A stretch of DNA of 63,450 bases, counting the filler, from Octopus bimaculoides (taxonomy: Eukaryota): assembly GCF_001194135.2 (NCBI RefSeq). It is 9 parts of 9 records of this genome, joined end to end, with 100 filler letters (N's around TTAATTAATTAA, not from the genome) between each part and the next. Parts side by side here need not be neighbours in the genome. Positions count along the whole stretch, not along the records: positions 1 to 2,421 come from NC_069006.1; positions 2,522 to 5,737 come from NW_026302957.1; positions 5,838 to 22,688 come from NC_068985.1; 6 more parts are not named here. One strand, written 5' to 3'. Shown here in pieces: positions 1 through 12,144 of the stretch. The notes under the pieces are model-generated. The model did no database searches and had not been told where the DNA came from. It saw nothing but the letters and a program-made list of their open reading frames with translations. A program made the translations under genes and the position numbers. Within the stretch, counting starts at the first letter, position 1, and each line of letters starts with the position of its first letter.

Positions 1-35
<35 letters not shown>

Positions 36-54
36 AACCCATACATATATGTAT

Positions 55-750
55 AATATTTAAGAAGAGAATTCGAATAGGTTCATCAGTTTATATAAAG
101 CAAATATACACAGATTGTAAGCATATATACACGAACTTAAACTAAGATATATACAATATTCATTGCCTTGGTCTATAATAGCAGAATCTCCTCCTTATAT
201 TTGTATTCGCGCCACTCTGCAATTTCATCTTAATCTATAATTACCTGCTTATAGTCTACAATATTTTCTAAATTCCACTTCCCACAATTCCTTCTATAAC
301 ATTTCCTCTTCCTGTTAACATGCGTACCTCTCTATAAAACCAAAGCTCATCTGCTCATTGCAACACTGTACGAATTGTGAATCCTAAATAGTGCATTCTC
401 CCTGATGAAGGAGGCAGTATGTAATAGTTGGATTGGAATACCCTCAAATCTATGGATTACAGTACCCTTGAAACGGCCGTTGGAGGACCACTATCTAATT
501 ATTTAACCTGCACTAAATACATCTATTCTTTGGAAATTCCAATCGCCATGTTTAAAACTTTATTCCTTCAATTTTTTCGCAAGGATTTGTACTTTTATTC
601 TTTAATATTTCTAACAACACTTTTAATCTATTAATAGGTTAGTAATTCAAGATATTAATATAGTATTTTATGCATCAACATTTTTATACCTCAATTTGAT
701 TTTTCGACCCATCTATGTATGTTATATGTTTTTATAAATTTATGTATTCA
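55..750 (+). mobile_element. Penelope-like element 3'/pLTR fragment
   Basis: Decayed sequence containing a CTGATGA...GAAAC hammerhead core, typical of Penelope-like terminal repeats; boundaries approximate. Confidence 0.5.
396..487 (+). ncRNA. Type I hammerhead ribozyme motif with extended stem II
   Basis: Stem I TTCTCC(396-401)/GGAGGA(482-487); core CUGAUGA 402-408; long stem II including TGTAAT/ATTACA; GAAAC 470-474; palindromic stem III AAC-GGCC-GTT; GUU cleavage triplet 479-481. Confidence 0.65.
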
Positions 751-888
751 TAAACTGAACTGAACTGAAATGAGCTGAACTGAACTGGGATCGGTGTCGA
801 TGGCTGAGTGTAAAAGCGTCTAAAGTTGCACCCCGATGACTGGCTACACCAGTTAAGAAAACTTGATGATGATGACGATGATGATGAC

Positions 889-923
<35 letters not shown>

Positions 924-986
924 GATTATTTAAGACTATTATTGAATGTATTCTTTTAAAGACAGCAGGCTGTAGTTCGAGGTAAA

Positions 987-1027
987 TTTAGCTAAGCTAA
1001 GCTAAGCTAAGCTAAGCTAAGCTAAGC
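987..1027. repeat. (AGCTA)n pentanucleotide array
   Basis: About 8 perfect copies; an imperfect (CTGAA)n array lies at about 752-787. Confidence 0.9.
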
Positions 1028-1189
1028 TTGGGCCTCCAGTCAGGCCTTTCGCGATGCCCTTAAAACCAGAAATTTTCCAGCACCTTCTCGTACAATATTA
1101 TTCAAAAATAAACAATCACGTCATAATTACAAGGTAATGCATAACTAATTTGAATCAATTAGAAAAATTACTATTTTTAAATCTCACAA

Positions 1190-1510
1190 CGAGAGATATT
1201 CAGCAACAGTACTTTGGAGTAAAGATTGTTTGCCAACATAACATGGCAGTCCTGGTTTAAGACAAATGTTGCTGTAATTTTGCCCAAGGAGACATCGTCT
1301 CCAGCTGGCTATACGACACGACCTGTGTCCTTATATTTTCGAACAAGGGAATCTAGCACCCCCACTCAGCTCAAAACAATATTTGTGTATCTTGGATGCG
1401 TGGCGTTAAATCGTATAATGATATAAATAAAATATCTCCTGGGGCTAAATTACAGCAACATTCGTCCTAAACCTGGGCTGCCATGGTATGTTGGCAAGCA
1501 ATCTTTACTC
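1190..1510. mobile_element. Fold-back MITE with ~79-bp inverted arms
   Basis: 1217-1295 is the reverse complement of 1432-1510 with scattered mismatches; spacer about 136 bp. Confidence 0.7.
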
Positions 1511-1977
1511 TAATTCAAATCAATATGAATAAATATGCATTACTGTTGACAGAGAAATTAAGTTTAAATCGTATTGATGTCAATACGATGTCCCTCCTTA
1601 ACTGAATTTTGTCAAGGTACATTACGAAAGATTTTACGATCAACATCTTGAATTCGTGTTTGAAAACTATAAATTTTATCGCAAGAATTTCGGCTGCAGA
1701 ATCACCACACATTTTAGTCGGTGTTTTGTGTAAATGGTAGTTGGCAAGCTGCAAGCTTATTATTCATCTTAAAGCCGTTATGATGATATTTAAAATCTAA
1801 AAGTGCGATTATTCGATGCAGGTGACAACAAATGCACGTTTGTTCTGCTAAGTTGGTTACGAAACGACATTTTCATTGCTAAATGCTCAGCCGATACCTG
1901 CTAAATATTCTGACCGAGTGATGGCAGCTCTTTCTCTCTCTCTCACTCTCTGACTCTCTCTCTGACTCTCTCTCTGA

Positions 1978-2048
<71 letters not shown>

Positions 2049-2049
<1 letters not shown>

Positions 2050-2300
2050 CTAGCCCGGCTTTGCCCAGGATTAAGTTAGGATTATTAAGCTAATCCACGT
2101 CAAATTTGGGCAGAATCAGTATCGCGACGGCAGCGCATGGATTGGGAGTTTGATCGGCAGATGTGATCAGGTTACGCCACCCCCATCATCTAACCCCTCT
2201 TTACCCATGGGTTGGGAACCCTTCGAGCAAGGAAAATAGAATAACCAAAGGGCTCCCGATTCTCTGTGTCAGAAGCAGTTATGTTCAGATCACAACTAAG
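2049..2300 (+). mobile_element. Non-autonomous Helitron-like element, copy 1
   Basis: Starts TACTAGCCCGGCTTTGCCCAGG after (AT)n; core atcgcgacgg...catggattgggagtttga...cccatgggttggga is shared with 31860-32030 on the minus strand. Confidence 0.45.
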
Positions 2301-2521
2301 TCTTAAATATATATACTCTTTTACTCTTTTACATGTTTCAGTCATTTGACTGCGGCCATGCTGGAGCACCGCCTTTAGTCGAATCAAATCGACCCCAGGA
2401 CTTATTCTTTGTAAGCCTAGTNNNNNNNNNNNNNNNNNNNNNNNNNNNNNNNNNNNNNNNNNNNNTTAATTAATTAANNNNNNNNNNNNNNNNNNNNNNN
2501 NNNNNNNNNNNNNNNNNNNNN

Positions 2522-3520
2522 AACCATCATCATCATCATCGTAATTGCCATCAGCATTATCATCATCACCGTCATCATCATCACCACTTCTTCTATAACG
2601 ATTACAACAACGACGACGACCACCACCACCACCAACACCGCCGTCACCACTACCACCACTGCCACCACTACCACCACTCCCTTCACCACTATCGTGTTCG
2701 TGATTGTCACCATCATCATTAACACCTGTACTACCGTCACCCTCACCGTCACCCTCATCGTCATCGTCATCATCATCATCATCATCATAATCATCGTGAT
2801 TGTCACTGCCACCACCATCAACACCACCAACACTGTCATCATCATCCTCATCTTCCCCAGCAGCAACAGCAGCAGCAGCACCACCACCACCACCACCACC
2901 ACCACCATCATTATCACCACCAAAACCAACGTCACAATCATCGCCGTAACCATAATCACCATCATTATCATCATTATAATCATCACCACCACCACCACCA
3001 CTACCATCATCATCATCATCATCATCATCATCGTCATCATCATCATCATCATCATCATCATTATCAGCNNNNNNNNNNNNNNNNNNNNNNNNNNNNNNNN
3101 NNNNNNNNNNNNNNNNNNNNNNNNNNNNNNNNNNNNNNNNNNNNNNNNNNNNNNNNNNNNNNNNNNNNNNNNNNNNNNNNNNNNNNNNNNNNNNNNNNNN
3201 NNNNNNNNNNNNNNNNNNNNNNNNNNNNNNNNNNNNNNNNNNNNNNNNNNNNNNNNNNNACCACCACCACCACTGCCACCAGCTACACCACTATCTCTAC
3301 CACCAGTACCATCATCATCATCAGCATCATTATCAGCACTATCACCATCACCACCACCACCACCACCGCCACTGCCATCATCAAAGTTATCCAAGTCTTC
3401 GTTCTCATCGTCGTCCTCCCCCTCTTAAACACGATGACAACGACGACGACGACCACCACCACCACCTCCACCACCACCACCATCATCATGATGATGATCA
3501 TCATCATGATGATGATCATC
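2522..3520. repeat. Degenerate (CAT/CAC)n trinucleotide tract
   Basis: Long mixed CAT/CAC/CAG array interrupted by an N gap. Confidence 0.9.
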
Positions 3521-4092
3521 ATCATTGCTATTGTTGTTCGAACTGTCGCGTCATCGAAGATTGAATATTTCGATTTGTTTTTGTAAAAATTTTCCCAAGC
3601 AATGCCGTCCATTAATTCCCGACAGACCGTTTCTTTGTTCGGCTATTCTAGTTGATTCTAGTCCTGTTGTTGTTGTTATTGTTGTTGTTGTTGCCGTTGT
3701 TGTCCTTTTATATATTATTTATTATTGTATATATTTTTCATGTTGTTGCTGGTGTTGTTTATTTGAAGTAGCTTTCAGTATAATTCTAGTTCCGTATTTC
3801 TTTGTTTTTATTTTCCATTCTGCTAGGTCGCTTAGTGTGTTTTCTGGCAACCGTACTAACTAAAGTAGTTCTTTACAAAAGGAACTGTCGAATCACTCGA
3901 ATACTTGGCGTTTGGATTGCATGCTTTGATGCAACGAAATCGTTTTGAATGGCCTACGCAAATTCGCTGAAGTCGACTTTGCCTTTCATTCATTTTGGGT
4001 TCGTTAAAATAAGTACCAGTTAAACACTGGGGTCGAACGAATTGACTTGCCCCATCCTCAAAGTTTCAGACCTTGTGTTTGTACTAGAAAGG

Positions 4093-4134
<42 letters not shown>

Positions 4135-4135
4135 G

Positions 4136-4777
4136 ACATTTAATCAGCATGATTGTTACAATCACTCGCCGAGACACACCCAGCGTCCTGGGGCGAGTGA
4201 AGGATAAGAGATTTTACAGTATGACTGAAAGCTTGGAGACATCAAGTGGCAGGGCAGTAACGAAATATCTTGATGTAATACAACACAGACATTTAAATTG
4301 ATAGAGTTTTTCTAAGGATGTGGGCAGTACTTGTCAGCACAATCTTTTGGATTTCTCTGAGACATGGTTCTCCTGGGATATTTTCTACATGTTTCTGACA
4401 TCCTTTTCTTATCATACCAAGAGCACTCACAATAGCAGGAACAGTTCTCGCTTTAAGATGCCACATCTTTTGTATCTCTATTTCCAGGTCCTTATTTTTA
4501 CTTGATTTGTCAAATTCCTTTACAGATATATTTTTATCAGTGGGAACACTTACATCTATTAGACTACAAGTATTTTCTTCTTTCTCCTTAATGACTATGT
4601 CTGGTCGATTAGCCTGCATCGTTGTGTCGGTGTTGACTGGAAAATGCCAGAGGACAGTGACATTTTACTTTCAACGACTGGCTGAGGATGATGTTCATAC
4701 CAGTAAGCAGGAGTACTGATTTTGTAGTGTTTACATACTTTCCAATGTAAATACTGTTCTACTCTATCGTGGCGATT
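4136..4777 (-). mobile_element. 5'-truncated RLE-type non-LTR retrotransposon (R4/Dong-like)
   Basis: RHDRVEQYLHWKVCKHYKI...WYEHHPQPVVE / NVTVLWHFPVNTDTTMQANRPDIVIKEKEENTCSLIDVSVP (PD..D restriction-like endonuclease) to stop at 4293, then a 3' UTR and (AAT)n tail. Confidence 0.88.
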
Positions 4778-4794
4778 GTTGTTGTTGTTATTGT

Positions 4795-4860
<66 letters not shown>

Positions 4861-4989
4861 TATTGTTATTAGTTTTTTTTCAGTTTTATTTCCATTTCCT
4901 TGCCGAGTGTCTTCCTGATACCCAGGGCAAAGAAACTCACTGTATACACTAATATGCCATCAAAATAAAGATATCAGATTGTTTATTTC

Positions 4990-5560
4990 TAGCAAGACGG
5001 AGAAAAGGAAGAATAATAAGGTAAAGAAGAGAGAAAGAGAGACGTAAAATGAAGAGAAAGAAGCAGCAAAAAGGGAAAAGAAAAGTAAGATGAAGAAGAA
5101 GAAGACGGAGAAAAAGTAAAGAGATGTCGAATGAGCAGAAAAAGAAGACGGGGAAGAAGAATAAGAATAAGAACGAGAAAAGAAGATGGAGAAGAAAAGA
5201 CAAAGTAGAAGAACAAAGGGGGAGGAGGAGGAGGTGGAGGACGAAGAGAAGAAGACGAAAGAAGGGAAGAAGAAGACAATGAATAAGGCTGGAAGAAAAC
5301 GGGAAATGAAGAAAAACTAAGAATCAGAAAACAACTGAAGAGTAAAATAAAAAGTGAAAAATATAAAGAAGAAAAAGGAATAAGAAAAAAAAAAAAGAAA
5401 CAAGAAATAAGGAAAAAGAAGAAAGGAGAAGAAGAATAAAATAATAGAAGAAGACGAAAGGTGCGGAATGAATTTTTTGTTGTTGTAATGACGAAGAAAA
5501 AGTGTAGAATAAAATTAAGTAAGAAGCGACAAAATTATCAAGAAAGTGAAACTAGATAGA
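4990..5560. repeat. GA-rich low-complexity tract
   Basis: Purine-only mixed GAA/AAG runs; comparable CT-rich tracts at 25860-26160 and 35750-36200. Confidence 0.85.
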
Positions 5561-5837
5561 AATAAAATGGCGGATAAATTCATTTAATAACGATGGAGGA
5601 AATTAAAAAATATAAAGTACCAAGATTACACATTCGTATAGATTTATATACACTCACGCACGCTCACATATACACACGTGTGTGTATATATCCATTTGTA
5701 TGTACCTGTCTATGTGTGTATGCATAGGTGTGTATTTNNNNNNNNNNNNNNNNNNNNNNNNNNNNNNNNNNNNNNNNNNNNTTAATTAATTAANNNNNNN
5801 NNNNNNNNNNNNNNNNNNNNNNNNNNNNNNNNNNNNN

Positions 5838-5893
<56 letters not shown>

Positions 5894-7667
5894 TGATGAA
5901 CACTTACATTGAAATTAATTGTATACAAAATTGCGTAAGCGTAGTAGGTATAGTAATGTCTCGGGTTTATTTAAAAGCTTGTTTCAGTTGTGAAAGTTCC
6001 CTTGTATTAACGAAGAAAGAAGTATCTTTCTAATCAACAATGTTTGAAAAGTCTATTGCAATGCATTTTCTTTAAACAAAAGAAGAGCCTACAGTGAAAT
6101 AACTTGTTATTATTCCGAATGTAACACACGCAACATGTTTGCATTGTTCAGTGACACAATAGCTGCTCCTCCTTTGTTTCTTTTTCTGCGGCTACTGCTA
6201 AAGCTACTGCCACTATGTTTGTTTCTCTGCATATGTGTATGTGAGTGTTTGAGTGCGTATGTTCGTGTTCTTTACAAAACAATGCGTCTAACATGCTCGT
6301 CACTCGGAAACACGTACAGGATCGAGTAACGAATCCGTCGTGGTCTTTATATAGTTGTGTCTGAGGAAATTGCGTTAGCGCTAATAGTGACCTGAACAAT
6401 ATTCTCTGGAAAGATGTCCCGAGGATAAATTTACGCATGTGGGTTTTTTGTGTACAAATGAACACACGAACACACCAATACGCACTCACATACACATATT
6501 TATAAACGTATGGAAACAACCCTTAAACGTATATACATCTGTTTGTACGCGCGTGTGTACATTTATAAGTGTATGAATGTGTATATAAGCAAACATGCAA
6601 GATATATCGTTATGAATATATGCATAAATGATTTACGTATCTCAGTATGTACACGAGTATTTAGTGATATGTTGTAGTGTGTACTTGTAACAGTCAAATA
6701 GAAAGTTTGATGCATGTAACAGATAATATTTACTCGTTCTAAATTAACTACTCGGAATCATACGAAATATACTGTTATTCTTTTATTTGTTTCTGTCATT
6801 TGATTGCGGCTTTGCTGCAGCACCGCCTCCAGTCGGCCCCAGGACTTATTCTTTGTAAGCCTAGTACTTATTCTATCGATCTGTTATGCCGAATGACTAT
6901 GTTACAAGGGACGTAAACACACCCGCATCGGTTGTCAAGCGATGTTGGGGGACAAACACAGACACATAGACACACAGAGTATATATATATATATACACGA
7001 CGAGCTTCGTTCAGTTTCCGCCTACCAAATCCACCAAATCTACTCACAAGGCGTAGGCCGGCCCGTAACTATGGGTAGAACATGCCCAAGTTATCACGCA
7101 GTGGGTCTGAACGATTTGGTTAGTAAGGAAACTACTCACCATATACCCATTCCTGAGCCTTGTCCATTTTTAAGTAGACATATAGGTTTCTACCTATAAT
7201 TATTTACTAGATTGTTTGTTGGTAAATGTTTTTCACCGCTTAAAATGGTGTAAGGTATGAAGAAGTTTGTTGTGTCTGACAGGAATGGTAGTGTTATGTT
7301 GTCATGGATATTTTTCATAATATTTAACTAAACATATTTACATAATTTGATAGTCCTAATGTTCCAAATATAAATACTGAAAACACACAAAGCCAATAGC
7401 AATTGAACAGTTATCAAGAACATTTCCTTGATATATCTAAAATTGGCATTTCCTTCAAATCATAACCCACCGTCTGAAAAGGTTGGGAGAAATTCGAAGA
7501 AATAACTTCGGCATGCAAACGAAAATGTACGTCCATTACTGGAACGCATATGGTTGCATCTATCATGGACGTATATTTGGATATGCAGTTATTCACGTTC
7601 ATATAGCTATACAATTATAGACTGTTCAATAAGGATACGTACAAACTGGTTAATTAATGTACGTTTT

Positions 7668-8090
7668 GCAGGCGTAGGAGTAGCTGTGTGGTAAGTAGCT
7701 TGCTCACCATCCGCATGGTTCCGGGTTCAGTCCTACTGCGTGACACCTTGGGGAAGTGTATTCTACTATAGCCTCGGGCCTACCAAAGCCTTGTGAGTGG
7801 ATTTGGTAGACGAAAACTGAAAGAAGCCCGTCGTAGATATGTATATATATATATATATATATGTATGTATCTGTGTGTGTGTGTATGTTTGTATGACTGT
7901 GTTTGTCCCACCAACATCGCTTGACAACCGATGCTGGTGTGTTTACGTCCCCGTAACCTAGCGGTTCGGCAAAAGAGACCGATAGAATAACTATTAAGCT
8001 TATAAAGAATAAGGCCTGGGGTCGATTTGCTCGACTAAAAGCGGTGCTCCAGCATGGCCACAGTCAAATGACTGAAACAAGTATAAGAAT
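7668..8090 (+). mobile_element. tRNA-derived SINE family A, near full length
   Basis: Head gcaggcgtaggagtagctgtgtggtaag...ggttccgggttcagtc, central (AT/GT)n, tail ...gcggttcggcaaaagagaccgatagaa...ctgaaacaagt. Further copies or parts at about 2300-2421(-), 6780-7135(-), 30671-30830, 46011-46370, 47080-47320, 50101-50245, 52191-52355, 53405-53590(-), 58085-58290. Confidence 0.85.
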
Positions 8091-9160
8091 ATATATATAT
8101 ATATATATATTACACCGGTACGGTAATGTATAGACCGATACAAAGCATTACAGAAGAAAGAAATCAAATGATTTCTTATAAAAAGTTTATACTCTAGCTG
8201 TGGCTGGAGTTTATTCCCCATATGATATATGTAGTAAATTTTAATTTTGAATACCCACTGAGAAGATTCGCGCATGCAAGTATAACTGAAGAAATACTAT
8301 ATGGAAGTTCTTGTAGTGAACAACGTTTTCTTTTGAAGGCTCAGAGACTATTGTTTTACGATTTATATTTTCGAAATATAATATTAATATCGAACATCAT
8401 ACATCGTTTACATGAATACAAGTCCATTTTATTCTTACAAATTACATTGCTGTGTTTAAACATTAGCTACTACAATACTTAAAAAATAATAGTTGTAAAG
8501 TTTTGGTTGGAAACCCGCTATTTTAATTTTTACATTCCTGCATTTGCTTGTTTTACTCTATCATTTGTGTGTTTGAGAAAATCATAAAGTTTTGAAATCA
8601 TTCTTTTAGAGAAGAATCGGACATGAATTCCCTTGCTACTTTTAGAAACAACTCTAATTTCTTACACGTGTTTATGTAACATAGCGTCTGTTGATGTGCA
8701 CTACATTGCAGTTCAGTCGTCGGAACTAAACACACCATACACAGACAGACATACACACACACATGCAAGCGCGCACACACACAAACTCATATATATATGA
8801 TAAAAGAAGCATTTCCCCATACTTGAAAAACAAAGATAAATGAAATTGTAGATATGCCTACCTTTTAATTAACGAATAGGTAGCAGAGAAATATTGTTAT
8901 ATAAACAATTATATTTTCTTTAATATAACAATTTAGTTTTCAAATCAAGTTTTTAAAGTTATGAAAAGGGAATAATAATAACGAAATAGTGGATACGATA
9001 TGAATATTATGCAAACTGTATATATTTTACCTGAACCATTTTGTGGATCATATTTTCAAAAATGTTTCTATGCTCTAGACAAATATAGAATAATGCTATT
9101 TTATACATTATTTACATTATTTACATTTGACGGATATTTCTCCTCATCTTGTTTGTTGTT

Positions 9161-9206
9161 AACACAACGTTTCGGCTGATATACCCTCCAGCCTTTGTCA
9201 GGTGTC
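9161..9206 (-). ncRNA. Minimal type I hammerhead ribozyme motif (G8>A variant)
   Basis: GACAC-CUGACAA-A-GGCUG(gaggguauau)CAGCC-GAAAC-GUU-GUGUU; stem I GACAC/GUGUU; loopless palindromic stem III AACGUU. Confidence 0.7.
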
Positions 9207-9496
9207 TTGGGGAAATTTCGAACCTGGGTTCTCATTCCTAACGATGTTACTATTATTATTATATTATTATTATTATTACTATTATTAATCAGGTCGCTGC
9301 CGTGAATCGAACTCGGAACCTTGGGGTTAGTAGCCCGCGCTCTTAACCACTACGCCATATTCCCACTACGGGCTACTAACCCCAAGGTTCCGAGTTCGAT
9401 TCACGGCAGCGACCTGATTAATAATAGTAATAATAATAATATAATAATAATAGTAACATCGTTAGGAATGAGAACCCAGGTTCGAAATTTCCCCAA

Positions 9497-9535
9497 GACG
9501 AAGGCTGGAGGGTATATCAGCCGAAACGTTGTGTT
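9497..9535 (+). ncRNA. Second hammerhead copy with 7-nt deletion removing CUGA
   Basis: GAC[ACCTGAC deleted]GAAGGCTGGAGGGTATATCAGCCGAAACGTTGTGTT; retains G8, which is mutated in the opposite arm. Confidence 0.6.
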
Positions 9536-12144
9536 AACAACAAACAAGATGAGGAGTAATATCCGTCAAATGTAAATAATGTAAGTAATGTAAATAATTC
9601 CTCATCTCTTAAATATAGAACTGTATGCTATTTTATAGACGAAAATTTATCATAGATTTTATTTTATGTCGCATCAAAAAATCATGTAGTTTATATTATT
9701 TTCGTGTAGAATCTTTTTTACATCTGTATCTGACATATAATTGAAATGACACACGAGACATTTGCCTTCCAATACTTTCTGTCAGTATAATAATAACAGC
9801 TGTCTCCGTGTTTGATTTATTGGAATGCAGAAGTTTGATGTTTAAAATTAAGATCATGGTTATGTTAAGGTCCCCCTTACATAAACATATCATTGTTGGA
9901 TAGGGTGTATTTCGGAAAATAAGAAGAACACAGATGCATGGTTTATTAAGCTTTAAAAGCCATGCGAAAAAATGTCAACGTGAAGAATTCGGAATCCGCG
10001 CCAACGTTGATAAAAGAGAAAGTCCTTTTTTCATAAAATCAGTACAAACAGATCCCTGAGATACCTTCAATTTACTCTAAAAGGGAATACATTAATTCCA
10101 GTTACCAGTTATTACATGCCTAAAGATAAAAGAAAAATGATACATATTTCTAATTGTGAACGTAGAGACAGCGTCAAAGATAATGATGTTCCTGGATAAC
10201 TTTAATCTTGTTTTCGGATATCCAATTCTTGCAGAATTTATTGTATACCTCGCTGTAGATGTAATCCGAAAATGTTATTGAAACTTTTGTACATCTGTCA
10301 ATTTATGTTGTATAGAGACAAGTTATATATTTTTTAGGCATTACAAAACCTCGCAGTGAATTAGATAAACGTGTAAATGAATGTAAGCTAGTTGTTATGC
10401 TCCAAGGAAAGGAAAGAGAACTCTCACCGGTTATTTCAATGGTTTTGATTGCTCCAAAGAGAAGCCGTACATGATATGTTTCTTTAATCAACTGCGCGCA
10501 TTTGCTAACATTTAAAGCAGAAAAATCGGGATTACAATCTCATATCTAATGTGCGTTTTTATTGTTTGCATGTTTGTGCCTTTTCATAATTCTAATCCTC
10601 ACGGCTCATCATTAATAATACAACATCTATGTTTCACACCACACAAAGTAAAATTATGCGAACGTAAATAGATATTAACGTTTCAAAAGTTATTTGTGTT
10701 GCGCATAAAATAGGTACAGTTTTCTTAATGATGAGTCATCAGATCTTCTGCTATGCAAATTAGGGTATGCATTGTATATTTTAAATGTTATCCTCCTATG
10801 AGCTGTGTATTGTATTAACGTTCATGTTACGTAAACATTCTCCATCTCTCTTTCTCTGGGTCTCTCTATTTCTCTCTCTCTCTCTCTCTCTTTATGTATA
10901 TATATATATATATATGATAAATAAATAAATAAATTTGATAAAGAAATTCAAAAAAGGATAAAACTCTTTTACAAGAATTTTATCAAGTAGCCAGTGTGTA
11001 AAAAAATTCATAAGGGAAATGTCTATTCCCAAGAATATAATTATTCGTTTATATTTATATAAAGGGCATTATTACAGAAAAATNNNNNNNNNNNNNNNNN
11101 NNNNNNNNNNNNNNNNNNNNNNNNNNNNNNNNNNNNNNNNNNNNNNNNNNNNNNNNNNNNNNNNNNNNNNNNNNNNNNNNNNNNNNNNNNNNNNNNNNNN
11201 NNNNNNNNNNNNNNNNNNNNNNNNNNNNNNNNNNNNNNNNNNNNNNNNNNNNNNNNNNNNNNNNNNNNNNNNNNNNNNNNNNNNNNNNNNNNNNNNNNNN
11301 NNNNNNNNNNNNNNNNNNNNNNNNNNNNNNNNNNNNNNNNNNNNNNNNNNNNNNNNNNNNNNNNNNNNNNNNNNNNNNNNNNNNNNNNNNNNNNNNNNNN
11401 NNNNNNNNNNNNNNNNNNNNNNNNNNNNNNNNNNNNNNNNNNNNNNNNNNNNNNNNNNNNNNNNNNNNNNNNNNNNNNNNNNNNNNNNNNNNNNNNNNNN
11501 NNNNNNNNNNNNNNNNNNNNNNNNNNNNNNNNNNNNNNNNNNNNNNNNNNNNNNNNNNNNNNNNNNNNNNNNNNNNNNNNNNNNNNNNNNNNNNNNNNNN
11601 NNNNNNNNNNNNNNNNNNNNNNNNNNNNNNNNNNNNNNNNNNNNNNNNNNNNNNNNNNNNNNNNNNNNNNNNNNNNNNNNNNNNNNNNNNNNNNNNNNNN
11701 NNNNNNNNNNNNNNNNNNNNNNNNNNNNNNNNNNNNNNNNNNNNNNNNNNNNNNNNNNNNNNNNNNNNNNNNNNNNNNNNNNNNNNNNNNNNNNNNNNNN
11801 NNNNNNNNNNNNNNNNNNNNNNNNNNNNNNNNNNNNNNNNNNNNNNNNTAATCCATGAGCCACGTCAGCTAGCGATGCCATCTGGGATGAATACATCTAA
11901 GTGGTAATAAAATAATTATAAGGTCACTATCAGTGAAAATGCTCGGTAGCTTTGTTCTTTTTCTGCAGATTTATAAAATATCTCCCAAACCCGTACGGAA
12001 GTACTTCTGCACACGTGGCATCTTTCACACATCTAGTAGAAATTAGGATATGTTTCATACATGTTGATTAATGTATCCTAAAGCTTATAATTACTTTTCT
12101 CGAAGGTTACAACATTTTTGCAGTGATGTTCTGAAGTAGGCACG

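Larger units (their letters stand above)
9106..9624. mobile_element. Head-to-head inverted tRNA-derived SINE with Penelope-like hammerhead tail, flanked by 13-bp TSD
   Basis: ATGCTATTTTATA at 9093-9105 and 9625-9637. Arms are inverted around 9337-9368. Minus arm has A box TGGCGTAGTGG (9357-9347), B box GTTCGATTC (9312-9304), an (AAT)n linker and the hammerhead tail; the plus arm lacks the A box. Confidence 0.85.

Noticed and set aside
2466-2477. Recurrent TTAATTAATTAA palindrome
   Set aside because: Always centred in N runs; an artificial scaffold spacer, not biological.
2474-3612. Long ORFs on both strands (poly-Ile/Met/Val/Thr/Asp)
   Set aside because: Translations of a degenerate CAT/CAC microsatellite plus N gaps; no domain or splice support.
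5892-5925. CTGATGA...GAAATTAATT hammerhead-like core
   Set aside because: Stem II and stem I do not pair convincingly, and it abuts a (TA)n tract and a gap.
6330-6430. RDIFPENIVQ on the minus strand, reminiscent of SLC1 transporters
   Set aside because: In-frame stops on both sides and no usable splice acceptor.
9280-9365. Functional tRNA gene
   Set aside because: Has A and B boxes but no complete acceptor stem, and it is fused to a retroelement tail; it is a SINE head.
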